Part shown: piece by piece, positions 26,172 to 38,835 of the stretch
Layout: each line of letters begins with the position of its first letter
Position numbering within the stretch: the first letter of the stretch is position 1
DNA from: Rhynchobatus australiae
Taxonomy: Eukaryota
Assembly: GCA_034780895.1 (NCBI GenBank)
Contig: JAUZTB010000033.1
Span: forward strand, 38,493,108-38,557,107
Length of the DNA: 64,000 nucleotides
Direction of reading: 5' to 3'
The notes under the pieces: model-generated
The model's input: only the letters and a program-made list of their open reading frames with translations
Databases searched by the model: none
Told to the model about the DNA's origin: nothing
Program-made: the position numbers and the translations under genes

Positions 26172-26325
26172 GTTTGTGAGAGGAATGTTTAGGAGCATTG
26201 CTTGAGAGAGAAGTTCAATTAGTTCTCCACTTGGTACTGATAGGTAGGTCAGTGATCAGGCATAGGTTTAGACTAATCGGCACAAAGAGCTATACAACGA
26301 TAATTGAAAAGCAAAAATGCCGAAA

Positions 26326-26510
26326 TCTGAAATAAAGCAGAAACTGCTGGAGAGACTCGGGAGGTGAGGCAGCATCTGTGGAAAGAGGAACAGAGTTAAT
26401 GTTTCAGGTTTTGATAAAGGATCATCAGCCTGAAATGTTATCTCTGTTTATCTCCACAGATGCTGCCTGACCTTCTGAGCTTCCCTAGTATTTTCCTTTT
26501 TTATTTTAGG
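26326..26510. mobile_element. Penelope-derived fold-back element, about 85-bp arms
   Basis: aggcagcatctgtgga...aacagagttaatgtttcagg / cctgaaatgttatctctgtt..tccacagatgctgcct. Confidence 0.8.
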
Positions 26511-26754
26511 TAGGGTGATTTTTTTGTTTGAAACACAGTATTGACCCAAGTTAATCTAAAAACTACTGTCGAACATAATGGTGGACACAGATGTAATAAT
26601 AACATGCAATAGATAATTGGATTAATCTCAACAAGAAAATGATGGTGGCTTTAAGGAAAGAGCAGGGGACTGAGAATAAACGTAATCTTTCAAAAAGCTA
26701 GAACGGGCATGAAGAGGTATAAAATTACAATGGCAGGGTTTTTAATGAAATTCA

Positions 26755-26890
26755 AAAAACTGTAGATGGTGGAAATCTGAAATAAAAGCAAAAAAATGCT
26801 GGAAAAACACTCAGCAGGTCAAGCTTTGAACCATCTACGGAAAAAGAAATGGCTTTAATATTTTGGGTTGAAGGCCCTTTATTGGACTGA
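26755..26890 (-). mobile_element. Penelope-like terminal repeat fragment
   Basis: ctgtagatggtggaaatctgaaataaaagc...ctcagcaggtca, same family. Confidence 0.65.
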
Positions 26891-27044
26891 ATTGTAGCAG
26901 CATAGCAGGATTGTTCTTTCTGAAAAGTCCATGCTGGCTATGAGCAGAGATATCTTGATGGTTCCATTTACCTGTTTCTTGCTAATGCCCCTGCAGATAT
27001 GAAGAGGTATGTGAGGAGAAAACTCTTTCTTACTTAGAAGACCC

Positions 27045-27730
27045 TCGGAGTAAGAATTTTTTTTCTCACATACCTCTTAATATCTTTTGACCAAAATCAT
27101 AAATATGTCTCACAGCCCTTGAATCATCAGTGAAAAGAACATCTTTCCTCTCTTTACCCAGTCTGAACCAATCATCATCTTGTTTATTTCCAATGCATTT
27201 GTTCTCATCTTTTTTGCTTTAAAGAGTGAACCTGCTTTCTCCAGTCTGATCTTGCAGCAGAATTCTTCACCCCGGGAACATCCTAGAAACATTTTCTCCA
27301 CTCCTTTTAGGATCTTTGCATTCTTCCTCGATTGTAATGATCAGTTGTGGTGCACACTAACCAGTGTTTTGTGCAGTTTCAACATAATTTCCCTGCCTCT
27401 GTTAATACCTGGATCCCATTTGCTTTTCTAACGATTCATTCAATGTGCTCTTTCACTTTCAGGATATACAGACACCCAAGTCTGTTCGTGAATATCCTTT
27501 GCAACACTTCCATTTAGCAAACACTTCTTCTCCTAAATCTTCCTTGCAGTGTATCTCTTCACAATTTTCTGTATTAATCTTCCTCTGCCACTTGTTTGCC
27601 CTTTCAGCCAGCCTATCTATTGCCTTATAGCAGTCTTTTGCAATTCTCTTCACCGTTTACCACAATTGCAAGTTTTGTGTCATCCACACATTTGGAAATG
27701 TTACCCTGCAAACCCATGTCTAGGCTTGTT
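27045..27730 (-). mobile_element. Degenerate CR1 ORF2 3' portion
   Basis: ORF track minus-strand RLAERANKWQ..NTENCEEIH..DLGVC matches CR1 RT C-terminal motifs. Confidence 0.75.
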
Positions 27731-29138
27731 ACCCATCAAAACATTTCAATGTGCTTCATTATTAAGTAGAGCTTGGCTCCAGGTACATTCAGGCAATGGG
27801 AGGTAGTCAGCATTCCTGATTTAATTAGAGGTGGATTTTAATGAATGTATTAATGGAAGAAATGCAAAGAGATCGATTTCAAAAGGAATCCATGAGCTTC
27901 ACACAGCTGAAGGCATGTTCCCAGTGATGGGCTGCTCAAGAGGCTGGAATCAGAACACTGGAGATCCCTCAGAGGATTTTAATGCCAGTATTGATTAGAA
28001 AAGTAGGGAGGAACGAGGTCATGCAGGAATTTAAAATTGAGCATTAGAATGTTACTAATAGGAAGCCACTGAGCACAGAGTGTGAAAATGAGAATGGGGT
28101 GTGAGTTGCAGGGAACTGAAGTTTGAAATAAATGTATGGACAATGAAAGATAGGAAATTGGTCAGGATTATAAAGCCCTGCTTGAACTACACCTAAGGTA
28201 GTGCTCTGGAAGCCAAATATGTAGTGATGGAACATGCATTTGGCAGAATGATACCTGAATTTCTATGAAGGCTGCATTACTTGAATGTATGGGAGGATGG
28301 GCTCAAAGTTTTTGAGATAGGAAAAAGAACTGATAGAGAAAAACTATTTCCATTGATTGGGATGTCTAGGATTAGGGGGTGTAGTGAAAAGATTGAAGCC
28401 AGACCTTGCAGGAAATTTCTTTTACAGGTAAAGGTCAGTCAAATTTTTGATTGAAACCCTTACTGGAACTGACTTGATGTACAAGGCAATGTGGAGGAAA
28501 ATGGATTGAAGCAATATTTTACCTTGTATGTCATACTTCAACCTCTTTCTTTCTCATTGTGCACTCTTATGTGAAAGTGTATATTGAGAAAGAGAGACAG
28601 AGGCTGAGAAATCCAATCATAGGGTCCCACATTTTAGCCCATCACGCAATTTGATTTCAGCACAAAAATGAAGTGGACTAATAAGTAGGAGTCTTATTGC
28701 AAGTTGCACGGTCTGCAATTCTGCTTCCAAGTTCAGTGTCTGATACACTAAAGCACAAAGAGGCCCCAATATGTGTAGTGGCTGTTCCTTCACAGTGCTT
28801 GTGGGAACTCAGCCTAAGCAGGTCACAGCCCACAGAGTCTGGTGCTGGGAACCTGGCTCTCCCCACTCCCAAATTCTCAATCAGCCCTTGACCAACCTGA
28901 CTTCCAACCCAGCCACAACCTTTCTGGCATCAAAACCTCACCCCAACTCCCCTATAGAACTTGTCCTATTCTCTCCAGATCTAATTCCTCTACCAGTCTG
29001 TCCTGGCTCTGGCCTAACTAGTACCAACTTCAGTTGACTGAGCTCCTTTCTAATCCATGACCTGTCTGCTCTCCCTTTGCCTCAGTTTCAGCTACGTTCT
29101 TCTCACCCCCAAAGTCTGTCTTGTGCAACCCAGTTCCA

Positions 29139-29872
29139 GACTCAGAATCAAAATCAGGTTTATTATTACCAACTTAATATGACATAAAATTTGTTGTTTT
29201 GTGGAAGCAGTAANNNNNNNNNNNNNNNNNNNNNNNNNNNNNNNNNNNNNNNNNNNNNNNNNNNNNNNNNNNNNNNNNNNNNNNNNNNNNNNNNNNNNNN
29301 NNNNNNNNNNNNNNNNNNNNNNNNNNNNNNNNNNNNNNNNNNNNNNNNNNNNNNNNNNNNNNNNNNNNNNNNNNNNNNNNNNNNNNNNNNNNNNNNNNNN
29401 NNNNNNNNNNNNNNNNNNNNNNNNNNNNNNNNNNNNNNNNNNNNNNNNNNNNNNNNNNNNNNNNNNNNNNNNNNNNNNNNNNNNNNNNNNNNNNNNNNNN
29501 NNNNNNNNNNNNNNNNNNNNNNNNNNNNNNNNNNNNNNNNNNNNNNNNNNNNNNNNNNNNNNNNNNNNNNNNNNNNNNNNNNNNNNNNNNNNNNAGAATG
29601 CTCTCAACCATACATCTATAGAAATTTGCAAGAGTCTTTGGTGACATACTAAATCTCCTAAGACTCCTAACGAAGTAGAGCTGCTGGCGTGCCTTCTTTG
29701 TGGTTACATCAATGTGTTGGGTTCAGGATAGATCTTCTGAGAGGATGACTCTCAGGAACTTCAAGCTGCTCACCCTTTCCACCACTGACCCCTCAGTGAG
29801 AACTGGTGTGTGTTCTCCTGACTTCCTCTTCCTGAAGTCCACATTTCAGTTCCTTGGTCTTGCTGACACAAT
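29139..29872 (-). mobile_element. Rex1/Babar-type LINE 3' portion spanning an N gap
   Basis: Minus strand reads KFL.VI.SEDLS.TQHID..TKKARQ.LYFVRSLRRF.MSPKTLANFYRC.VESI; tail cagaatcaaaatcaggtttatt. Confidence 0.85.
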
Positions 29873-30394
29873 GGTGAAGACCTTGATAGAAAAGTCTTAA
29901 GTTGTGTACGGTCTGTTCATTAATGCAACATGTGCTGGGTCTTGTGCATCAGAATCCCCACTCAGTCAGAAGTGTTGTTGGTTTGCTTTGAACTTGCAGT
30001 TTAATTCATTTAAATAGGTGCCTTTCAATTTCTTGACCAGGTGTGGGAGTAAAACTCCATTCTGCACCTAATCTGGAAATGGTTGATGCAGTTTGTGGAG
30101 CAAAATGGTGATAGGTTTCTGCACAGACTGTCTATGATCCGGAGGCAATTCATCGGTATGGTATTGGGACTTCAAGCTGCAACTGACCCATCATATAAAT
30201 ACTACAGGGAACCTGAATGGGGCAGCACCAAGGCAGAGTTATGTGCAATTCATTTATAGTTTTTGGTAAAACCCTAACCTGTTCCATCTAATACTGTTAT
30301 ATTGACTCTGTTAGAATTGATTTCCATTGTTCAACTGTTGTGTTGATTACTGACTGTGTTTTAAGTTCAATCTTTATTTGCTGGTTGCCCTTAG

Positions 30395-30480
30395 GAGAAG
30401 GAACCTCGGTTAGCCCGTGTTCCACCGACTCCAACAAGAAAGCTCTTCACTATTGGAGATGCCAATGAGGACAAATCTAG
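30395..30480 (+). CDS. PPP1R12C: Exon: EKEPRLARVPPTPTRKLFTIGDANEDKS(S)
   Basis: cccttag|GAG ... AG|gtaggc; 86 nt, phase 0 to 2. Confidence 0.92.
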
Positions 30481-31615
30481 GTAGGCAGACAAGCTGCAGG
30501 AAATAGTTCACAGGACTATATTTAGTTTCTGTAATGATGGTTTGCAAAAAACTACCACTAAATGTTAATACTCAGTGATCTTGCGGCCATGTAACACCAT
30601 GCTATGCGAGGACCTAGAATCTGAATTAAAGATTAATGTGATTTTAAACCTGATTTAATCTGCTTTGCCAGTGCAGGGAACCAAGAGCAATCATAAATTA
30701 CCAGAGGACAGTAGAATTGAATAATAGCTTTAGCTACAAATTACGAATGAGTATATGGTTCCCCCAACTCCCATCTGGTAATATTAGAAATTATTATTGT
30801 TAGTTGTATACAAAAGGTGTTAGTGATTTAGAAAAATATGATTCCAAGATTCTGGTTGTTGTAAAATGGTAGATCATGGGGACCAGAAATAATAGATCAA
30901 GGCTGTTCAGTGGTGATGGTCCATGCATTAGATTACAACATTTGAATAAGTAACTACACTATTAAAATTAAGGTCGTAAACACCAGACTGTCCCCAATTG
31001 GACTCATTGATTTGAGATCTGGTGAAATAAGAAAATTAAAGCTATCCCTAATTTCCCACTGCTTTCAATCCATCTGACAAGTGCATTCTTGTGCATATCG
31101 GGTAAGAATATGCTTGGACCTGATTATAGTGAAGGCATATTGAACAACCTGCCAACACTTATTTCATTGGACTGATTGGATGGAATTAGAGGGAAGATGA
31201 TAGGCCCAAAGTGTATCCCAGGATGAGTTGTTAAGTTCAATGAGAGAATATAAGGAATGGTGGAAATTACAATGGTACCAGATCTAGCATGATAGGGAGA
31301 GGGGTAGAGCGTGCCTAGTTTGGGGAGAAAAAGCTTCTATCCAATTGTTTCAAGGTTTGAAAATACTTTGCTAAAATTTGACAAATATTCATCTCTCAAA
31401 CTTGCCTCTAAAACACCTTTCTGTGGCCAGGGACACTCTGTGTAATGTAGTAAACTAAAATATATTCAGGAAACTTTGAGTCTTGTATCTCAGCAAATTT
31501 GTGCTTGTGTCTGAATAGTTTACAGAGGTTGAAAGCACTTTTCAAAAAAAACCTATTTGCCAGGTCTTTCTCCAGGGCCAGCTTCTTCCTGTGTGATCCT
31601 TGCTTCTTCTTGCAG

Positions 31616-31813
31616 TGATTCTGCAGCCCCATTGGCTCGAAGTGCCTCCTACACAAGGCAGCGAGAGGATGACTCTGGCATCCTGGCCCGGAGCTCATCA
31701 TACACACGTAGACAGACAGAGCTGGAGAGCAACAAAAGGGATAAGGACCTCAACGACACTCTGCCGAGCAGCACTGGCATCTCCACAGCAGCAGTGCCTG
31801 GTCATCCAAAGAG
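31616..31813 (+). CDS. PPP1R12C: Exon: DSAAPLARSASYTRQREDDSGILARSSSYTRRQTELESNKRDKDLNDTLPSSTGISTAAVPGHPK
   Basis: ttcttgcag|T; SSSYTRR motif as in MYPT1. Donor placed at AG|gttttt (weak) because phase 2 is needed; 198 nt. Confidence 0.85.
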
Positions 31814-32059
31814 GTTTTTAGCCAGTGTGCATTGAAATTATTGGTCTCTTGCTAATGTCATCGGGCCAGACCTGTGTTTCCAGTGGGAATTCTTAAAAAT
31901 GGATTGAACTTGTGGAATGTTTCATCCATTCATCTTGAATGTTTACTGTGAGGTTTTGTCCTGTTGTGCCTCTGGATATAGAACATTGTACTCGCTCAGT
32001 TCCTATTTTGAATTATCAGCAGGCAATTGCAGATTCCCGCAGACAGAAATGATCAGAGG

Positions 32060-32455
32060 GTTAGTTGCATTCAACCCCCATTCTTGACCTTGAAGGTACA
32101 AAGTACATTAACACAGAAACACATGCAGGAGTGCTGTATTGTTGGAGGTTCTGTTCTTCAGCTGTAATTTTAAAATAGTCTCATGACTCTTCCCAACAGT
32201 TCACTTAGACATTAGAAATCCCACATCACTAAATGGAAGGTCAGAAAGTTCTCCTACTGTGCTGGTCAATGTTTCTCTCTCCATGAATTTTACCAAGTAT
32301 AAATCAGCAACTGGTCACTTCTTCTCTGTTCAATGCGAGTCTTTGAAAATTAACTGCTGTGTTTTCTATAAAAACAAATGTGACTACATCACAGATTTAT
32401 TGTGTGCAAGCCCTTCAGGATGCTCTGCTGAAAAAAAAGTTATACAAATTTTTTG
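32060..32455 (+). mobile_element. Deu-domain SINE (degenerate)
   Basis: ggagtgctgtattgttggagg ... gttctcctactgtgctggtcaatgttt ... aaattaactgctgtgtttt. Confidence 0.65.
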
Positions 32456-33599
32456 TATGTGAGGGCCATAATATTAAACTGCAGAAGAATGTATGTGTGA
32501 CCAAAGTCAGTAGAGTGACTATGTGCCTGCTGCACTTTGCCCCAGAAATTGTCAGTTGATATTGGGTATGTTGGTAAGTGCCTGTGACCACAGAGTGAAA
32601 TATAAAGGGTTTTTGAGAGGAACAGTCAAAGTGTAAATTGCTGCTCCACAAAACAGCATCATAAGATAGTAAGATGGAGTATGGTGTGACAGACGAAGGT
32701 GAGTGGTAATCCTGTGTGGATGGTGTTTTAGTGGCATTAAGGGAGGTAATGGGGCTGACTGTGGAAAATGGCCTTGCCCTGTAGAAAACCTAACTGAGGT
32801 TTCTAGCATTAAACAATCCACTGAAAACTGTTTCATATCCCAAAGAATATGATCTCTGGAATGCTGTTGGTCACGTTGCATTTTCCTTTACGTTTTGATC
32901 CAAACTTCTAGACCATGGCGTATAAAAGGAGTAAATGAGAGTTTTACCGTTAATGGACCAGGTTATTTTTAATCTGGGCCAGTATAAACAGTTTTACTCT
33001 GCATCTGGCTAGTGCTGTATTTGGCAATTTATAATTGAGCAATTCGAAGGATGTCATGTTTGGACAGCTGTTGATGTGAACTCTATATCTTCTGTAATAC
33101 TACCCAACTTTCCTGGCAGATAAGCATCTGATGCACTTCCAACTCTGCTGTCCTGATTGTAACACATGCCTATCTTTGTAGTAAATAAGTAGATGGAACA
33201 ATGGTACTGTATGTTACACTGCTTGTTGCCAGCTGTGTTCAGTAAGAAATTAATAGAAGAACCAGTGATATTCCATCACAAGGAATGAAGCCTATTCAAA
33301 TAGTTTATACATTAGTTCAAACAAAACCATTCCATCCTCATGGCCAGGAAATAATGTGGAGGTGGAATCTGAACGTGGGAATGGGAAAAGATTACAATTG
33401 TTAATTGTAAACATGGATCCATGTATTTCCATTTCTCACCTTTATGATATCACTGCCATTATGTAGGAGTGAACTACAGAACAGTGTGCAGTATTTGCAG
33501 TGACATCAATACAGTAATAGTGTTGCAGACAGTACCCTCTTAAGTTAAAATGTTTTTGGGACAGTCAACAGCCATTCCATTGCACTCTAACCTTATTTT

Positions 33600-33960
33600 A
33601 TGAGCATAAGTATAGGCACGGGATTAGGTCACTTGTCCTACTCTACCACTTAACAGGATCATGACTGAAATGATTTTAACCTCAGCTCCACATTCCCATC
33701 TATTCCTACTGACTGACCTTTCATCCCTTTGCTTATCAGGAACCTATCTCCCCCTCCCTTAAAAATATTCAATGACTATGCTTGCACTGTCCTTTGAAAA
33801 GAGGGTTTTAAAAAATCACGATCCTCTGAGAAAGAAATATAGCTCATCTGTCTTAAATAGGTAACCACTTATTTTTCCTCCAATAGAAGGAAACATCCTC
33901 TCCACATTTACCCTGGTAAGGTCTCTCAGGATCTTGTGTGTTTCAATCAAGTTGCTGAGT
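33600..33960 (-). mobile_element. CR1 3' fragment, same subfamily as 8518-9162
   Basis: Shared words ttttaacctc, ccttaaaaatattc, aggaaacatcctctcca, aggatcttg. Confidence 0.75.
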
Positions 33961-35264
33961 TAGCCAGTTNNNNNNNNNNNNNNNNNNNNNNNNNNNNNNN
34001 NNNNNNNNNNNNNNNNNNNNNNNNNNNNNNNNNNNNNNNNNNNNNNNNNNNNNNNNNNNNNNNNNNNNNNNNNNNNNNNNNNNNNNNNNNNNNNNNNNNN
34101 NNNNNNNNNNNNNNNNNNNNNNCTTCAAATAAAAGGTCATCACCCTGAACTCTTAGACCTCTGACTTTTTCCAGCCTCCTCCTGGGCACGTCTCCAACAT
34201 CAATTAATATATTTGTGGGTGGGGGGGGCATAGAAATGTTTGGGAGAGTCATATTAATTAACCTGACCATGTAAGCCCTGTTTAGACTTCCCTTGACAGA
34301 AGAGCAACAATGTAAGGAGAAGGCACTGTTGTTCTTACAGCAGAATTCCTTAAAGGTTCAGTGACCTTTATTATTGGCATTCATTGAGCTATTTGAAACC
34401 CTATTTGGATCACTAACGGCATTTCCAGTCCTGCTGATCAGCTGGGTACTTTCATGAAAATCAGTGTTTACTTTCCTGACAGTAGTCAAGATTTTTTCTA
34501 TCTTAATGCAGCCTTCTGTGCAAGGTTTATTTAAGAGAAGGCAGACTGGAGAAAATGGCCAACCTTTTTAGCTGTGGTCAGTTACTGTATGTCCTTGTGA
34601 GATGCTGGATATAGAGCCCATAATTTACTCTGGCACATTCAAATAAATTATTAGCAAATTGTAATCATGCCTGAGATGCCCGGACAGAATGGGAATGGCC
34701 TCATGATATCATTTCTTTCTGCTGCATGTTCCAGAATTTAAGTTAACATTGAGGAGGTCTACCTCAGTTAACACCAGATCACCAGGCACTGAATGTCAGT
34801 GAGAGTCTACGGGGACTGTAGTGTCTTGTGACTTGTGATGATAGTCATTGAGATGGCCTCCCTCTTACTTCTACAAGGCCTGATGCTGCAGTGAACATCT
34901 TGCCCTGCTGTCTTTGTGTGACATTTGTCAGTTAAACAGGACATTATATGAACAAATGAGGCATTATTTTCAGAGGCTGCAGCTATATCAGAACTTTGTT
35001 CAGATGATCTCATGGCCTCGGTATAAGTATAGATTTGAGAGTGAGTAGACCCCAAGTTACCAATGAGTCTGCAAAATCCTGTACAATGTTTCTCTCCAGT
35101 TGATCCTTCCATGTGTGAAAACTGAGCAGGAAAATGGTGTATGGTTGATCCTCGAGGGCACTTGTTAAAGCATAGGTAGCTGCCATTTAAAAGTCAGAAC
35201 TGTGTGTGTTCACAGCCAAGTACTCCCTGAGAGAAGTTCAGGGATTAGTGGGGGGGGGGCGGGG

Positions 35265-36260
35265 AAACCTGCATTACTTTGTCAAATGCCTTAGTAAAGT
35301 CCATAGATGGTAAACATCTACCACCCTGCCTTCATCATTCTTCTTAGTTACCACCTCAAGACAGTCAATCAAATTAGTGTGGCATGACTTTCCCTGTGCA
35401 ACGCTGACCATCTCTGATCAGCCCCTGTCTTTCCAAATGTACATAAATCTTATACCTTCTGATTTTCTATCATAATTTTCCTACCACTGTCATAAGGCTC
35501 ACCAGCCTGTGGATACTTGGCTTATCCCTGCTGCCATCCATCAATAAAGGAGCAACATTAGCTCTCCTCTAGACTCCTAACAAAAATGCAACAATCTCTG
35601 TCAGGGATCTTCTATCTATCCCAGCTATCTTCTCCCTTACTTCCCATAGCAACTGGGATAGATCTCCTCCAGACCTGAATATTTATTAACCCTTATGCAT
35701 TCCACGGCATCTAACATTTACTCTTCTTAATACTGATCTGCTCCAGATTATCTATGTGTCCCTCCCCAAACTCGTTATCTTCTATTTCCTTCTTCTTGAT
35801 AAACCAGGAGATATGGTTCACATCTCCTGGTTCCACACAGAGATTACCCCTTTGGAACCATAAGGGGACCCACTTTTTCCCCTGGCTACTTTCTTTCTGT
35901 GAATTTACTTATAAAGCACCTTGGGATTCTCCTAAATCTTACTGGTCAAGGGTATTCCATGGCCCTTTTTTGCCCTAATTTCTTTCTTGCGTTCTCTCTT
36001 AGACATTCTATATTCCTCGAGATTCCTTCGATCCCAGTTGCCAATATCTGTCATATCTTTCCTGTTTTTTTCCCTAATCAAACTTTCAGTGTCCTTGGTC
36101 ATCCAAAGTTCCCTAATCTCGCCTTCTTTGCCTTTCACCCTTGAACATGCTATCACTGAATACTTAAAACTCTCTTTTAAAAGACTCCCACTTGTCAGCT
36201 GTTGCATTATCTGCTAGCATCTGCTCCCAATCTACTGTTGCCTGGTCCTCTCTTACACTA
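35265..36260 (-). mobile_element. Degenerate CR1 ORF2 internal fragment
   Basis: gtcaaatgccttagtaaagtccatag (YMDF.KAFD), PVSL-like ataaggctcaccagcc, and KKEIRAKKGH in ORF track. Confidence 0.8.
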
Positions 36261-38744
36261 TTGAAATCAGTGTATGTGCTGAGGAGGCTGAACAATCTCT
36301 CTGTACCACTGCCAGTTGTGTAATATCTTTCAAATCAAAGGAAAATAAATCCTTTGGAAAGAGAAAGAACTGCATATACTGGAAATTTGAAACAAAAACA
36401 GAGAAATGAAAATATACATGGGCCAGCTCATGCATGGAAACAGATTAAATTAGTCCAAGCATTTGATAGAATATTTTCTACTTTTTTTAAAGTGGCATTT
36501 ATAGATTCTCCTTTTTAATTCCGTCCTCCATGTCTTTCACCCATTGACCTTCATTGGGTTTATTCTTTTCTGCATTATTCCTAACAGTGCCTCCTTCAAA
36601 TTGTCTTCAATATTCCTTGGCTGCTTCTCAGAGGACCCCGACTTACAATCCAGGTTCCCTTCAATCATTGTTAACTGATGTTCGCAGTCAATATTGTCTT
36701 GTTCTTTTGTGCCCATCCACCAAAGTCGGTGACCTTTCCAGTGATGAGCACATTACAAAGTGTGAGAGTTGGGCTCTCCAATGATCCCAACTGTTAGAGG
36801 ACCCATCCTCCAGCAATAGTCAGACCAAAAGGGGACAGATGGCCTGCTTCTCACTGCATTCCAGTGCTCAGGTATTATTGAAGAATTCCATTCCATCATG
36901 ATGGCTTTTGACCAGCTGACTTGGGTTCTGAGGTGGCCCAGTGGTTTTCAGGGGGTCCAATTGAAGCCTGCCCTTGCAGGAAGCCACTCAGTAACTTAAA
37001 TGCCTGTTCTGACCACACTATCAGGGTCTGCAAGTCACACTTGCCACTACTCATTAATGATCACAGTGGTAGCGCCAGCTCCCTATGTTGCCATGAATTG
37101 AGGGAATTTTCTGCAGTGATACTCTACAGCCATTTCCTTTCTCCTTGGCGACAGTTTTCTGTTGGTGTTGTTTACAGTGAGGATGTACAGCTGACAAGAG
37201 GGGGTAGGTCAAAGAATATTGCAAATGCAGCATGGAGTCAAAGACTGCATCTCTGTCTCCTCCTGTTCTTATGAAGTTATTTCTTCAGTGGCCATTTGCA
37301 ACTCATTTATCCCAGGCACATCTTGTCACAGTTTAATCATTCTAAATTTGGTCAGATTAGTTTGAAGCTACAAACTAATCTGTAGAAAGCTGAGCTGGAT
37401 GTCCAGAATGGAGGATCATTTAGAAGGATGAGATGAATGGACAACAAATTTATCTTTGAAAATCTATGTTTGAAGTAGTACATGCTGTTAAAGATTGCAA
37501 ATTCTTCAACTTGTAGGTCAAGAACAACGTGGGTGGAGATTGCAGAGACAGAATGGGACACAATCCACCTGTTAACATGAAGAATAGTTTACTGTAAACA
37601 AACAGCTCTTCAGGATTGGATTCCACATGAAGCCTTTCTGGAGCAAGGAAGATTTTTAGTCTCCAATCTTTACTCTTGTAAAAGACACACAACAACATTT
37701 TCCACCTATACTCTTTTTTTCCCAATGTATGCAAGCACACATATTGGTCTGCTGCATCACTTAGATAATATGCAATGAACGTCTGTTTCTGTCAATACTC
37801 TAGTTCACGATGTAAGCAAAATCTTTTTCTATGATGCGCTGGAATAATTTCTCGCTCTTTCCCATTTCATTTCAGCACATTTAACTTCCAACATATTGGT
37901 TAACCATTCAGTTAACTACTACAGTTTCTCACCCTCTCCAACCCTAACCCCCTGCTTCGCTCAGCTCCTTTCAGTCCGTTGTCATTGCCAGTATAAACAT
38001 CTTTTTTCCAGTGGAGCCTTTGTGAGGAACCAAGCCCTGAAGAACTATTTGTTTACAGTGAACTACTCTTCATGCTAACCGGTAGACTAGCCCATTCTGT
38101 CTCTCCTTGCAATCCCCATCCATGTTGTTCTTGGCCTATGAGTAGAAGAATTCGCAATCTATAACAGCATGTACCATCTTCTCACATTCCTCTCATCCTT
38201 CCAAGTGATCTTTGGAGAGAATTGGTTAGTGAAGTGCTGGATAAGTGAACTATTCCTACAGCTTGGTGTATCTCCCCTCTTTATTTCCAGTTCCTCACCT
38301 GCCCCCCACCCCACCCCTCAAAGAATGAAGTCCAAAATTTATTTCAACCTTTGGTGCCATCTCTCCAGTGTTTGGACGTGCTCCATGTTCATAACTGACC
38401 CAAAAGAAATTGTAATATTAAAACGCAGCCTGACCTGTACAGATTCAGCATCAATTTCTTTAGTTCAACAACTTTTTCTTCAGTAACTATTCTGGCAGTG
38501 ACTGAATAGAGTCAACATTGAGTCCACTATCATTGCTACATCTTATCTAGTTTCCTCGCTAGTTGGTGGAACATTATTAATAAATTGTGTCTCAATTCTT
38601 TTTTTTCCCCCCAATGTAAGACCTTCCATTACCTTCAGCTGGATTGAAAATGATGTAGGTTATCATATGGATTTTGTATCTCAGTTAGAATGCACAGCTA
38701 CCATGTGTGTTCTTGTCTGCAACCAACACCATTGCCTGAAAATC

Positions 38745-38835
38745 CAAAAAAAACTGCAGATGCCTGAAGTAAAAACAGAAGATTCTGAGACTGCTTCACA
38801 GGTCATGTGGCATCTGTGGAAAGAAGACAGTTAAT
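38745..38835 (-). mobile_element. Penelope-like terminal repeat fragment
   Basis: aactgcagatgcctgaagtaaaaacagaa...caggtcatgtggcatctgtgga. Confidence 0.6.

Noticed and set aside
37960-38080. Acceptor-like sites after a ctaac branch point
   Set aside because: The phase-2 readings I tested hit stops before a plausible donor.
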